A stretch of DNA of 62,854 nt, filler included, from Dugesia japonica (lineage: Eukaryota): assembly GCA_001938525.1 (NCBI GenBank). It is 6 parts of 6 records of this genome, joined end to end, with 100 filler letters (N's around TTAATTAATTAA, not from the genome) between each part and the next. Parts side by side here need not be neighbours in the genome. Positions count along the whole stretch, not along the records: positions 32,908 to 41,402 come from MQRL01312752.1; positions 41,503 to 51,879 come from MQRL01301449.1; 4 more parts are not named here. The stretch is one strand, 5' to 3'. The position numbers were made by a program, and so were the translations under genes. Below, in pieces: positions 37,184 through 50,024 of this stretch (positions are counted from its first letter, which is position 1; each line of letters opens with the position of its first letter). The notes under the pieces are model-generated. The model worked only from the letters and a program-made list of their open reading frames with translations. It was not told the DNA's origin and did no database searches.

Positions 37184-39466
37184 TTAATAGAAAAAAATAT
37201 ACAAAATCCAGTTAAGAATAAAATAAATTATAGTCTCTAAAATGACAACAATTATCATGGTATTTATTGAAATTGTATTTGAAGAGTAACTGGAAAGACT
37301 TTGATAAAATTTCACAATATATGAACATTCTCCAAAATTATCAATAATAGACAATTGATAGAATTTGTCGCCTATTTTCAATAATTCATCAGTAGTTTGA
37401 ATAATTTTCCAATTAAAAATCCTATTAAAACATTCGATAATTATAGTTTTGTTTCTAAAATTGTTTAGAATATTTAAAATCACTGGAAACATTAATTTCA
37501 ATTTCATTGGTAATTGGAGATTTGTTTCAATATTTTTTAAATCATAATAAATTTCTTCAACAATTTTATAGCTTCGATTAAATCGATTTTCATTGGTTAA
37601 AAGTTTATTGAATTTTCTAAAAATTGAATTATCTAATTTGGAACAATTCGATGAATTGATTTCATCGAATAATAATTTTGACAAATTAAAATAAATTAAA
37701 ATGGATTCAGTAATGTTCAAATTGTTTTTAATGTCGTTTTCATTGAGAATTTTCTTGAAAAATTCAAAAATCATTTCTTCATAATTCGATTCGATTTTTG
37801 GAATATTGATTTTTTCTACAAAACTTATGATTTGTGTTTCTGCAAAAGTTTTTATTGCAAGCGTCAGGTTTTCATAGATTTCTGATTGTTTGATTTTCTT
37901 TAAATCAATAATTTTTCGAAAATTAAAAATCGATAATATCGATTGGTTTTCTGTACAGTTTTTCTGAATCAAACTTAAAATATTTTCTGGCATTTCTTTT
38001 GGAATAGTAAAAAGCGTTTGATAATTTCCGAGATAATTCACAAAATTTAATTGCAGATTTTTCCAGTAATTATTGATTTTTTTTGAAAAAATATTATCAA
38101 TAATTTCTGAATTACTATTATTGGAATGAAAATATCTAAAAGCTTCATTGTAAGATATTGTAGAAACAATAAAATTCAAAATAAAAAAGATTAACGTAAT
38201 TGTAATCAATATCATTGTAATTAAATGAAAAATATGATAAAATAAATAATTTCTCTTGAATTTCATATCAAATGTAAACGCTGAAATGAGACAAAATTGC
38301 AAAATATTTAAAAGAATATAGAAAAATGTAGAAAAAACTTTTAGAAAAGTCAAATATCCATCGATTTTTTTAGAGGTTATTAAAATTTCATTTAGAAATT
38401 TATTGATTTTCAATGAGCTTGTATTCATCATCAAAAATATTTCAAATACTTTTGTTTCTATGAGTTCTGTTGGAACATTTGTCCATAAATTTTCCAATGT
38501 GTCTGTAGAAATTTTATCTAAATTATTAGAAATATTCTCCAAATTCGTTTTGATTTTTAAAAGAGAAATACTTATTGGAATTATCTCTTGTAATTGTTTA
38601 ATAAAAATTGAACTATCGAATTTTATATTCTTGGTAGGGTTTGCTTTAATTTGCTTTAACAAAATTTTACTTATATTTAAACAGTCTTCAAATTTTTTAA
38701 ATTCCAAATTCTCAACTTTTAACCAATCGGAAATCATTTCAATATTTCCAATAATTTTCCATATTTCTGATATATTATATTCATTATATTCCGAAATTCG
38801 ATAACATGATTGATTAATCAATATTAATGGATCAATAATTTTTGGAATGAAATGCAATAACTGATTGAATTTTAAATTAATTCTCAATTTATTTAAAATA
38901 AAATCAATTGTGGATTTTACCTGTGTTTTCGCTAATTGCATAACTGATTTTAAATCGATGTTTTTTTGTGAATCAATTAGAGATTGATTGAGAAAATTTT
39001 CTAAATTAAATATTGACTGATTTGTGGTTTGATGAAAATCGATTGTTTCCATAAAAACTGGGAATATCGATATTGTTCTAGATAAAACTCCAATTATTAC
39101 TATTGAAATTATAAAACCAGAAAATCGTTTGTTAAATTTTGAATTTTCAAAAAGTAAAGATTTTCGAAACCGGACGCATTTTTTGTGAAATTTTGGTTTG
39201 ATATATTTTCTGATGAAAAGATAAATCAGAAGAACAGATATGAAGAGAAACGTGAATAAACAAATTATTGAAACAATTGCGATCGTCAAATAGAATTTGT
39301 TTTGTGATGTTAAATTGAATAATGTTTTTAAATAATTGCACCATGTGGTTTTATTCGATAATTGGTTGTATGAAGACGATTTGACAATTTCTGATATGAA
39401 TAAAAACACTCCTCCATCTTTGTTTGGTTGGAAAGCATTCATTAGAAATTCCGGAAAATAATTCAT
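37184..39466 (-). CDS. Divergent prominin (CD133)-like five-transmembrane glycoprotein, 760 aa in one ORF
   Basis: Hydrophobic segments in a 2+2+1 pattern with two loops of ~240-300 aa rich in N-X-S/T sequons. QKNCTENQSIL and IIDNFGECSYIVKFY before the last TM resemble prominin cysteine motifs. Confidence 0.72.
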   Translation of the reverse strand: MNYFPEFLMNAFQPNKDGGVFLFISEIVKSSSYNQLSNKTTWCNYLKTLFNLTSQNKFYLTIAIVSIICLFTFLFISVLLIYLFIRKYIKPKFHKKCVRFRKSLLFENSKFNKRFSGFIISIVIIGVLSRTISIFPVFMETIDFHQTTNQSIFNLENFLNQSLIDSQKNIDLKSVMQLAKTQVKSTIDFILNKLRINLKFNQLLHFIPKIIDPLILINQSCYRISEYNEYNISEIWKIIGNIEMISDWLKVENLEFKKFEDCLNISKILLKQIKANPTKNIKFDSSIFIKQLQEIIPISISLLKIKTNLENISNNLDKISTDTLENLWTNVPTELIETKVFEIFLMMNTSSLKINKFLNEILITSKKIDGYLTFLKVFSTFFYILLNILQFCLISAFTFDMKFKRNYLFYHIFHLITMILITITLIFFILNFIVSTISYNEAFRYFHSNNSNSEIIDNIFSKKINNYWKNLQLNFVNYLGNYQTLFTIPKEMPENILSLIQKNCTENQSILSIFNFRKIIDLKKIKQSEIYENLTLAIKTFAETQIISFVEKINIPKIESNYEEMIFEFFKKILNENDIKNNLNITESILIYFNLSKLLFDEINSSNCSKLDNSIFRKFNKLLTNENRFNRSYKIVEEIYYDLKNIETNLQLPMKLKLMFPVILNILNNFRNKTIIIECFNRIFNWKIIQTTDELLKIGDKFYQLSIIDNFGECSYIVKFYQSLSSYSSNTISINTMIIVVILETIIYFILNWILYIFFY

Positions 39467-42400
39467 TCTGAGTAATAAAAATTGCGATTAGTATGTTTCG
39501 ATAAAGTCAATCAATATTACTTAATAATAATGAATTGATTGATTCATGTATGTCAATTATTAATGAGTAATTTTGTGACGTCAACTCAAATTCGTTTAGG
39601 CTTTATTATTTTCGATTTTAAATAAATTATTAGTTTTGTGTTTAGAAAAATATTTTTGAGATTGCAAACTTATTTTTATCGAAATGCAAGCCTTGTTTAA
39701 ATGATATTAAACTTTGATTCTCAGTCAATTCATGGAGTTATTTTAATGATTCTAGAGAGAATTTTCCCAAAAAAATTTATTGATATAAATGTTTTTTTTT
39801 GATTAATTTACGTAATAAAAAAATTATTAAATTATTCTTATTAATAATAAATCTAGATAATTTATTTGAAGGAGACTTGCTCTGGGTACACATATCGTAA
39901 ACAGAAATCAATTGTTTTGTCAAAGATGGATTCCTTAAACTAGTTTAAATGATTATTTATCTCATGATAATAGTCTCAAATATTTTTAAGTGATTGATTG
40001 AATGGCAATAAGCAGCTCAATAATTCAAGTTTATATGATAATAATCAATTACAACTATTTTTTATTTATTGAATAATAACTGTTTGATAAAATTGAAATG
40101 AAATTATTTTTATATACTGTTTGTTTTTAATTATTTCAATTACTCTCAAGAAAATGGGTTCTATCCTTTATGTTTCCCCCCAAAAATATATTCCAAAATT
40201 TAAAAGTATTCAATCTGAACTGTACGTATGTTCTACATTCTATATTGCGACATCTCCAGTAATCATAAGAATTCGTAATTAATAGCACCATAATATTATT
40301 AGTTACAGAATGATTTTAATCTAAGAAAAAATTGTGATAAATCAATAAATAAACTAATTTAATAATTAAATAATTATTAGTACAAAGGAAATTGGTGAAT
40401 GACAATATGGAAGTTTAAAAGTTCAGATAAATTTTTCAAGCTATTGAAATAATCCAATTATTTTAATGAGCGGTTCCTGGTGAAAACTGTAGTATTTTTG
40501 TTTTTTATAAAAATGTATTTTCTTACACAAAAATTCGTGTATATAAAGTTAAATATTACGTAATTCTTTTTTGTTTTAGTAAATAGATTTTAATTTTAGC
40601 GAGATTACTTAATGTCTGAATGAAATATTAACAATAGTTTTACTGGCGACCACGCCAAAAATATTAATTTGAAAACTCGCAATTAAAAAGAACTGTTAGT
40701 CGAAAAGAAAAGCTCAAGAACTAATTAATTTTCAAATTCGATGTTTAGATGGCAGAAACTCCGATGAAGCCGAACGTTCTTTAAATGATATCGAAAAATC
40801 ACTAATAATCAAAGAGTTTTGGTTAACTGGGGTCTTTGATTTGCTTTTGTCTGAAAAAGCCGCAAACTTGTGAAAAATTGTAAATGAGAAACGACAACAA
40901 AGGAAGAAGCAAGAGAGTAGCAAAAGAGAAACTTTTATGATAAAAAAATAAATCACCGGTTTATTATGGAACTTGCAGAGGTAAAACAAAATCATGATGA
41001 GAAATTCGCTACTTTCGAAATTTGAGTCCGAAATCTGTTAATTAGTGTGCCGAATTCTGGATTGTCCAAAGAAGTAATTGTTAGGGATTTTCTTTCCAAA
41101 CGCGCAAGAAGTGCCGGAATCTAAGAAGTTCTTATCACAAAACCATATATATCAATGGGAAATATTCGCAGTTTGGTTACCTGATCTAGTTGATTGAAAT
41201 ACTATAGGATTGAATTCATATCTTGGCCTTCCCTTGTCATTTAACGTAAATTCATTTCTGTTTTCGTGTAATTCCGCTTTCCATTCCCTGGATGTTTCTA
41301 TCTATGTTTTAAGTCTATAATCAAATACTGATACAAACTTAAATATTTTAGCTTGCAATTTGCGAACATTATTGCATGCGTTTGCTAACGAATTTTGGAT
41401 CANNNNNNNNNNNNNNNNNNNNNNNNNNNNNNNNNNNNNNNNNNNNTTAATTAATTAANNNNNNNNNNNNNNNNNNNNNNNNNNNNNNNNNNNNNNNNNN
41501 NNCTGATATTTTTGTTAAGCAGAGCTAACATTATAGTTTGCATGTAACTTTTAGAGAAACTTGACAGCATTGATATGATCATAATTTGTATATGTTATTA
41601 CATAATAAATTATTATTAATAACCGACTAATTATACAACTAAATCTTTCATTTTACTCGGTGTGCACACAAAATTGTAACATTAACTATAAAATTTTCGG
41701 AATAATAATAAACAATACGAGGTATACTTGTGATGAAACAATAGAATTCTTCAGTTAATATTTAATTTCACTGAAAAAATAAAAGCACCGATTAATTATT
41801 CTTTTAACTCATTAAATTTTCGATAATAATTTGTGCCGAGAAAAACTTTGATTTTTACAATAATGATTTCAAAATGGATTTTTGTTGAGAAATTGAAGAA
41901 TCGAGGAAATAAAATTCAGACTATATAAATTTAATATACGTGTATGTGTCAATTATAAAATGGTGTATTGCGTCGAAAAAAANNNNNNNNNNNNNNNNNN
42001 NNNNNNNNNNNNNNNNNNNNNNNNNNNNNNNNNNNNNNNNNNNNNNNNNNNNNNNNNNNNNNNNNNNNNNNNNNNNNNNNNNNNNNNNNNNNNNNNNNNN
42101 NNNNNNNNNNNNNNNNNNNNNNNNNNNNNNNNNNNNNNNNNNNNNNNNNNNNNNNNNNNNNNNNNNNNNAAAAATCAATTTAACTGCTATATATAGTTTT
42201 TGCGTTATATTGAAAAAATTATCATGTGAACTATCTGATCAATGATTTACTTTCAATAAAATATTCTAACAACAAGAATCATCTCAATTTTATTAGAATT
42301 TTAATAAATTGATCAGTAACCAAAAAATTATACTCCAATAATAGAATTAAATTATTTATCATAAAGAGAAATTTTGAACTCCAACGAATTATTTTGAAAT

Positions 42401-43119
42401 TTTAAACAGTATTTCTGTTTTAATTTTAAAAAGGGCGTACTTTTAAATAGTGTAAACTTTGGAGCGTAATTTTTCATAGAATATTAATAACCATTTAATT
42501 GTGTATGATATTAAATGGAACCCGTGATTACTTTTTATTCTTTTAGTTCAGGATTACTTAGTGTGATATGCTCATTGTTTGTTTTGTGTGATTGGCCACA
42601 CAACCGGAATGCAACCTATTTTACTTATTTATTTAGTNNNNNNNNNNNNNNNNAAAAACGTCTACAAATTCTTGCTGTGAATAATTTAATTTGATAATTA
42701 AAATGTTGAAAGAATATTAATTAAAAATTTACAAAAGAAACAAATTACTAAGTGAGTCAATTAAATGATGATTTCAATAATGCAAAAGAAATCCCAAAGT
42801 ATAATTTGCTTTTGTTACACAACTAATTATGTTTGACTCTATCTAATCTCATTAATAGTTCTTTTAATCACATTTTTCAGTCAACAAATCGTTTTTAATA
42901 ATTACCAATATTCCACTCTATTACGATTTATTTAGAAATGCATGGCAAACAAGTTCATTATATACGGAATGGTACAAGCAAGTATTTGTTCCAAAAGTAA
43001 CCCNNNNNNNNNNNNNNNNNNNNNNNNNNNNNNNNNNNNNNNNNNNNNNNNNNNNNNNNNNATGGCACTGAGAATAAGAGCTTTAAGGTGATGTTTTCCC
43101 ACAAAAATAACACCAATTT

Positions 43120-43305
43120 ATAGGGTATACATTAAAAACCGCGCACAAAAACAGCGACAATCGAAACCTCGAGTGTTTAATTATAGCACCAATCAAAACA
43201 GCGCATCATAATAATATATTAAATGTTTTGATCGGTGCTATAATTAAACACTCGCGGTTTCGATTTTCGCTGTTTTTGGTGCGCAGTTATTAACGTAACC
43301 ATTTA
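43120..43305. repeat. Foldback/MITE-like inverted repeat with ~64-bp core arms and a 23-nt loop
   Basis: 43137-43200 is the reverse complement of 43224-43288 with about 5 differences. Confidence 0.9.
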
Positions 43306-43477
43306 TTAACACTATTGTGCCGAAATGTGATAAAATCACTGAAACAGCGCTACAGAAAGCACATTGGATTACAAAAGGCATGGATTCATCAATGATTTTA
43401 ATAGTGATCTCAGTAGGAATTGACATAAATGGAATAAATTTCCTCAATAAAAACTTCATATTGAATGACAGGATTCC

Positions 43478-44150
43478 AGTGGACTTCACGGACCAATGAA
43501 TAGCGATCTGATTTTTGCTTTGATTCAGCCGACGTTTACACACTTTGGCCATATTTGGACTTCCGTAATAGACTTTGTACTATATATAAACAAGTGGTCG
43601 TCAACCGTTGGGACTTTACGGGCCAATAAAATTATTTTCAATCCGACGGACCAATGATTAGACCAATAACAGGCAACATCAAAGTCCCAAAGGTTGGCGA
43701 CCACTGGTTTATATATAGTATTAGGTCTATTGCTGAAGTCCAAACAGTGTCTAAACGCCGGTCGAATCAAAGCACAAATCAAATTTCGGCAGGTCGCTAA
43801 TCATTGGTCCATGAAGTTCGCTGGTTTATATATAGTACAAAATCTATTGTCAAAGTCTAAATAGTACCAAAGTGTCTAAATTTCGGCCGAATCAAAGCAC
43901 AAATAAAATTTCGACAGGTCACTAATCATTGGTCCATCGGATTGAAAATTATTATTTTAATGGTCCGTTAAGTCCCAAAGGTTGGCGACCACTGGTTTAT
44001 ATACAGTGCTAAGTCTATTGCTGAAGTCCAAAAAGTGCCAAAGTGTCTAAACACCGGTCGAATCAAAGCACAAATCAAATTTTGGCAGGTCGCTAATCAT
44101 TGGTCAGTCGAATTAAAAATTATTATTTTGTTGGCATGTGAAGTCCCAAA
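43478..44150. repeat. Complex satellite: ~130-170-bp unit, three direct copies plus one inverted copy
   Basis: ctggtttatata..tctattg..gaatcaaagcacaaat..caggtc.ctaatcattggtc at ~43681, ~43815 and ~43971; reverse complement at 43480-43660. Confidence 0.9.
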
Positions 44151-44407
44151 AATTATAGAACGGTTATTGTGTATATGTTAACAAAAATGCAACAATAAAT
44201 TATCAAAACTAAAATACCCAGTCAAATTATAATAAAATTAACGATTAATTTGTATTATAAGGTTAGAAAAAATGAATTTTCAAAAAATATTTCATTATTC
44301 ACTTTATTTAAATTGAAAATTAATAAACGTTTAGAAAATTTAAGCATTAAATTACTAATTAAATAGAAAATATTTTATGAAAATTTAGTAAAAACTAAAA
44401 TACTTAC

Positions 44408-45396
44408 TAATTCAGTGGATAATTTTTGTTTTTTACATATTGTAACTTCTAATTCCGTTTCCGATAAATCTGTCGCTTCTTCTTCTTCTTCTACTACATT
44501 CGATTCTTTTTCTTCACTTTCAGATGATGAAGATTCTCCGTTTATTTCTTTATTAATAAATTGAAAATGTTTTTCAAATGATATTATAACTACTTTTGTA
44601 TGATATTCCATGAATTTTAATTCGTTCTTCTAAAGGCAACATCATTGCTATGTCAGCTTCTTTCCATGACTCTTCAAACATTTTCAGTCTGGACTGACAA
44701 ACACTGTATTGTTGGAGAATCTAGACACCAAATAATTACAAATATCATTATGAGAAATTCACGAACATATTTCGGTGTGTTTTTATCTTGGAGTTGCTTT
44801 ACAAGTTCATCAAATTTAATTTTTCCTTCAAAAGACATTACATTATTAATACTGACCCAACCACGTTGAACGTATGGTCCAAAGTAAACAACATGTACAG
44901 TTTTTTTATTAACGATTTCTTTATAAAAATTCTGCTCGGGACTTGAATAAATCATACATGGCCACCAAGGATGAGATTTAACTTTAGCCCATAACAATCG
45001 ACCGACATAATATTCATTTGGTATTTTTGTAGTACTAATTGAACTATGTTTGCGTTTACATGATTTCATGGGTTCAGATTTTATTTCTACACTTATTGAA
45101 CTTACACTATTTGTCAAGGATTTACGGGGTCTTAGAGAAATTTTATCAGTTAAATTGAAATCGTTTTCAATTTTAACTTTACTATCATCACAAGACAGGT
45201 AAAATGACTCATTTTCTGAATCTGTCATAGGATCAGTAGCTTCACTTGAATAAGAGTCATCATGTGTTAAATTGAAAATTTCCAAATTATTTGAAATAAA
45301 TTCAGTATTTTCTATTCGTTCATCACCGGATATTTCAACTTCATTTAAGCATATATCGAAATCATCAACAAAATATTCTACTTCATTCGCGATCAT
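44408..45396 (-). CDS. NSD1/2/3 (Mes-4)-family H3K36 methyltransferase, 5' exons with the first PWWP domain; exons 45396-44767, 44720-44594, 44547-44408
   Basis: YYVGRLLWAKVKSHPWWPCMI..HVVYFG..QRGWV..FEG..FDEL. Two 46-bp GT-AG introns keep the frame and give WKEADIAMMLPLEERI. Donor GTAAGT at 44407. SET and PHD exons are not seen. Confidence 0.8.
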
Positions 45397-47899
45397 ATCG
45401 AATTGAATATTCTATGTTAAAAATTTTATTTTTTAATAATTATTTAATATATATAAATTTACGAAAATGTATCAAATTATTTAATCAAATTTTATTTACA
45501 ATTATTCAAACAAATTGTAAGTTTGTATTATACAAAGGCAAATTTATTGTTTACTTGATTGTGCGTCGCATTTTATTTTGTTATGTTTAAAGATTTTAAA
45601 ATATATTTAAATAATTAATTTCAATATTATAGATATTATTTTTAATTTAGTTTAAATAATTTAAGTGATTATTTAAAGAATTGAATGGCTTTGATTAAAA
45701 ATTAGTTGGAGTTACAAGTAAAACATCAAAGAATAATCGGAAAAAATATTTCTTCAGTAATATCTTACTTTATCAATAAAAGCTCCAATGATTTATAATA
45801 TTTGAGAACATAAATAAAAAGATGTTAATGATTAATGTTACTAAATGACAAACGTACTACTGAAATAACTTATATATGAAAATAATCAGTATTATCATGT
45901 CTCTTTGGCAATGGTAAGATTTTATGAACTATAAATTCATTATTTTTGCAAAATTCCTGTTTTTAAATATAAATGCCAATTTTTAGTATTTTTTTTATAT
46001 CAGAAGAAAATAGTAATAAATGAACTAATGGATTTTAAGTAACTTTATTTTAATTGATTGATTTCAACCGGTATTGTTGAATTCATATGACGTTGAGCAT
46101 CTTGGTTGAACCTGCTTTGTAATGATTTTTTCTGTTACTGCAAAGAGAACTTGTAGAAGTCATAAGTATCTATACAGATATCCTTACTCTGGCTTGTGAG
46201 GATTCCAAATGAGAACCTAATCTTCCTAGAGTGTTTGGATACCCACATTTTATTTGAATCCATCTTGATTTTCTGATATCTACTATAAACTTGATCTTTG
46301 AAAAATTTAAAATATAATAGTTCTGTGAATTTAATTTCTAACTTGCCTCTGCTGAAATCTATTCATTACGGCTAAAAAGAAGACCATAATTACCCCAAGC
46401 ATTCACCAGGTTTATCTAACATACTTTTGAAGAAATCACAGTGGCTCCAAGTTCTTCTGAAGTTCTTCTTTAGTTCAAGTCTAGTAAACATACATTAATT
46501 CGTCATGTTATTGGTGTTTAATTGACTAGTTTAGTATATAGTTATGTTAATTCTGAGCACTTTAAAGTTTTACATAAAAATTTTTAGGCTTGATTAAAAT
46601 GATAACTATTCCCAACACTAAGTCATCTGTTCGTATTTGATACCAGCACTAATTTAATAAAGCTACTTTCACAGCTCAGAAATTTAAAGTGATTGGACAA
46701 GTAATGAGTTTGAATTACGTTTCATTAACTTTTTCAAAGTGTTAGGAATTATGTCCAGAACCTTGCTGGAAATCAAAAAACGAATTTATATAAAATCAAT
46801 AACTCAATTGTGGGTAAAAGTTATTGTTACTTGATTGTGTTTATTTTTTGTTGTGTATATAAAAAAATTAAACAATATAAAAAAATAGATGAAAATAAGT
46901 TCTTGAAAATCATGGTTTATTTTGTACCCATTTATGTATGTATATTGCATTCTCATGTGGATGACTCTTTGAATCTATTGAAAATGTAAAACTTTAATTT
47001 ATGACCTTAAACTGTTTAGTTTAAGCAAATAAAAGCTTGATAAAAATTTCTTACTTTTCTAAAATGATCAAAATAGCGATTGAAATAAAGGATGTTTCTA
47101 AGTTCGTTACAACTGAGCAATGAAAATATAGGATGAAACAAGCCAACAATCATGAACAAAGAGAAGAAACAAATAAATGCCCAAAACAAGTTTCTGTGAT
47201 CTTAATTAAAACCAAGATAAAAATGACAAAAATAAAAGATCGAAAAACTTGAAAACAATCGTTTTGTTAGGTTAAACCCAAGGAAAATTACTGGCGATCA
47301 AATTGTCTATTTTAAATACTTTTTGCTATATATATGTGTGTAGAAACTGTTCTTCTCAGTTTACCGGCCAATATTTATTGCCTCGTAAAAAGTCTCAAAT
47401 TCTTGAGAATTTCTTGTTTAAAGGTTGAAAATAATAAATAAGAAAAACAAAAGAATGAAAGAGATAATAAAACTAAATAAAAAGAGAGTGGTAAAGTTAA
47501 AAATAGCTAAACTTTGAATTTTTCAATGAGAAAAGTGTAAATAAGCAAATATTTTTTTAAAGATAAGCAGTAAATTAGTACTGAATTAATAACACTTATG
47601 GGACAGTAATGCTGCAAACAGATCCTTTAGATACCTAATGGAAAGTAAACAGCAATTAATCAAAACAGTGACTATATGAAAAAAGATAATAAACAACAAT
47701 GATAAGCTATGATATAATCAANNNNNNNNNNNNNNNNNNNNNNNNNNNNNNNNNNNNNNNNNNNNNNNNNNNNNNNNNNNNNNNNNNNNNNNNNNNNNNN
47801 NTTTATAACTTCAAAATATCTTTTACACATTTGATATTTATTTTAGTTTAATTATAATACTTACAGTAATTAACATTTTGATTAAATATTGTTAGAAAG

Positions 47900-49680
47900 T
47901 GTTGCATTTTGATTTTTAATAAATATTGTAATTTAGTAAAGTCTAATTTTGAAAGCAACGTAACTGCTGACCACGTCAAAAATGTCAGTGTAGTGACACT
48001 TCAACAACAAAGAAAATTAATTTTAGAATTTTTACCTAAGAAGACTTACCTAAGATGCTTTAGAAACTATAGCAAGGCTGAAAAAAATCGAAAAATTACT
48101 CATTTCGAACGATTTTGGTTTGATGAAAAACTTTGATCTCTTGTTATCAGAGAAACTTGGAGTTTTTTGGGAAAAGTTTAAGTGGGGCGGAATTATTAAA
48201 GAAGATGCAAAAAGCTGTTTGTAGATACCTTTTACAATAATAAAATTTAACACAGAAATAATATTGGAGTTTACAACAGTTAAACAAGAATCAGTAGAAA
48301 GATTTGTAACGTTCGAGATACTATTATGGAATTTAGTTAACTGTGTATTGAATTCAGGCTTAAGTAATGACGAAATTGTAAATGATTTGCTGACAAAGAA
48401 GGCCAGGAATCAAAATTGGCCAGAGACGCTTACAATAAGGCCAGACATTACAGTAGTCGAAATGAGATCTCTGGCAAAAATATATGATGATAAAGAATGT
48501 TTCCAATGGGTTACTGGAAATATAGATATTTATGCTATACAGAGAAAGAGTTATTCAAATGTGTTTAAAGTAGCCATGAAAGACGAGCTCAAAACCAGCC
48601 GTTAATTAGATTTAAAACCAATAATAATGCAAGATATGAAAAACCAAGAACAGAAATGTTAATGTACCAGAGAGAACACAACTAGAAAATGTCACAACCA
48701 GTGATTCCAAAGAATAGAACGCATGATTTAAGTAAAACGCCGACAGTTTTGATGAAACAGCTGGCAAAATTTAGAGGACTAACAGAACCAGAAGATGAAA
48801 AATTTCGAGAATGACAATGTTATTGTTGCGGAAAATATGGACATATGCGTTATCAACGTCCATTAAAAAACAAATTCTTGATTTTCGGGAAAGCTAGACA
48901 CAATTCCTGGTAAAGTTATCTTGTGCAAGATTGATCTAATAGCAAAAATACTAAATTTTAATAGATCCAAGAAGAACAAGAAGTACAAATAAGCGAAGAT
49001 TAAAGCTTCAAAATGCATGATATTGTCAAAGTAAAAACCAGAACAACTCCATTGCATAAATTTCGTCAGCAGAGTTTGTTTAAGAAAAGATAGTCCAAAT
49101 AGACATGAAAAAGACAAAAAAGATATTTATGAAAAAGAAGACGAAAGAGAGTGGAGCAGAGTAGACGTGAATGGAGTAAAATTGGAATTGTTATAGGTGC
49201 ATCTACTACAGTTATGAGAGAAGATTACTGGTCGAAGGTAAGAAAACCACCCTTGTTATGTTTCAACATCATATTAAATGAGGTATTTTCGTGCAGTGGA
49301 GAGAGGCCGTTGAGAATTGTAGAACTGAGCTTTAAATGGAAGAATAAAATGTGAGTTATCAAAATCATAACAGTTAAAAAAGCAACCACAACTTATTGAG
49401 GGAATAGGTGCAATGAAAAGTTTCTGAATAAAATTAGAGAATTTAATAACATTGAAACTGAATATTTCATAGAAACCACTGAAACAATAATAGAAAGAAT
49501 TATGCATTAAATGTCTTTAAAAGAACAAATAACAAATTCAGATCTTTCTTTGGTGTAACGAATTACTACATGCGTTTTTATCAAGGATTACGGCAGAATT
49601 GTAACGCATTTGTAAGAAGCTGCCTCAAAATGTGACGAAACATTGATGTGTACAGATACACACAGAACAAGATTAGGTAG
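47900..49680 (+). mobile_element. Degraded Gypsy gag-pol remnant
   Basis: CYCCGKYGHMRY knuckle (~48820), VDVNGVKLELL.GAS protease-like segment, YYMRFYQGLR-type RT thumb trace (~49565). Confidence 0.55.
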
Positions 49681-50024
49681 ATAGTAACGCATGTAAACAG
49701 CCCCCCCCACCGGTAAAGCATTAAAAAATTTAATGTTTACGTGTTTGGTGGATTAACCTTTGGACTTGGTCTGGAAATTTGTATATAGAAGTACATACAC
49801 GGCAATTCAAATTTTTGTATTGACTTTCTCGAGCAATATGTCATGTTATCATTAGATGTGTAATGACTCAGAGGATCTCATGATAAAATCCACAAAAAAA
49901 TCAAGTGTGGCGGTGACAAGTTAATAATAATATAAGAGTTATAACGCCTTAAGCATCCATTTTTGATCGATCAACTTGATCTTGGTAATATTTCGTTGAA
50001 AATTTAAAATTACCTATACGTTAC

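Noticed and set aside
38403-38804. Antisense ORFs (also 19339-19620, 19446-19679, 44645-44869, 60541-60726)
   Set aside because: Shadows of coding frames on the opposite strand.
40740-41400. Coding-like decayed sequence, possibly DIRS-related
   Set aside because: No motif strong enough to assign.
43478-44150. CRISPR-like array
   Set aside because: Long divergent units with no unique spacers, no cas genes, and a eukaryotic context.
46080-46490. Possible pseudo-exons upstream of the NSD-type gene
   Set aside because: Stops in the frames examined and no recognisable domain.
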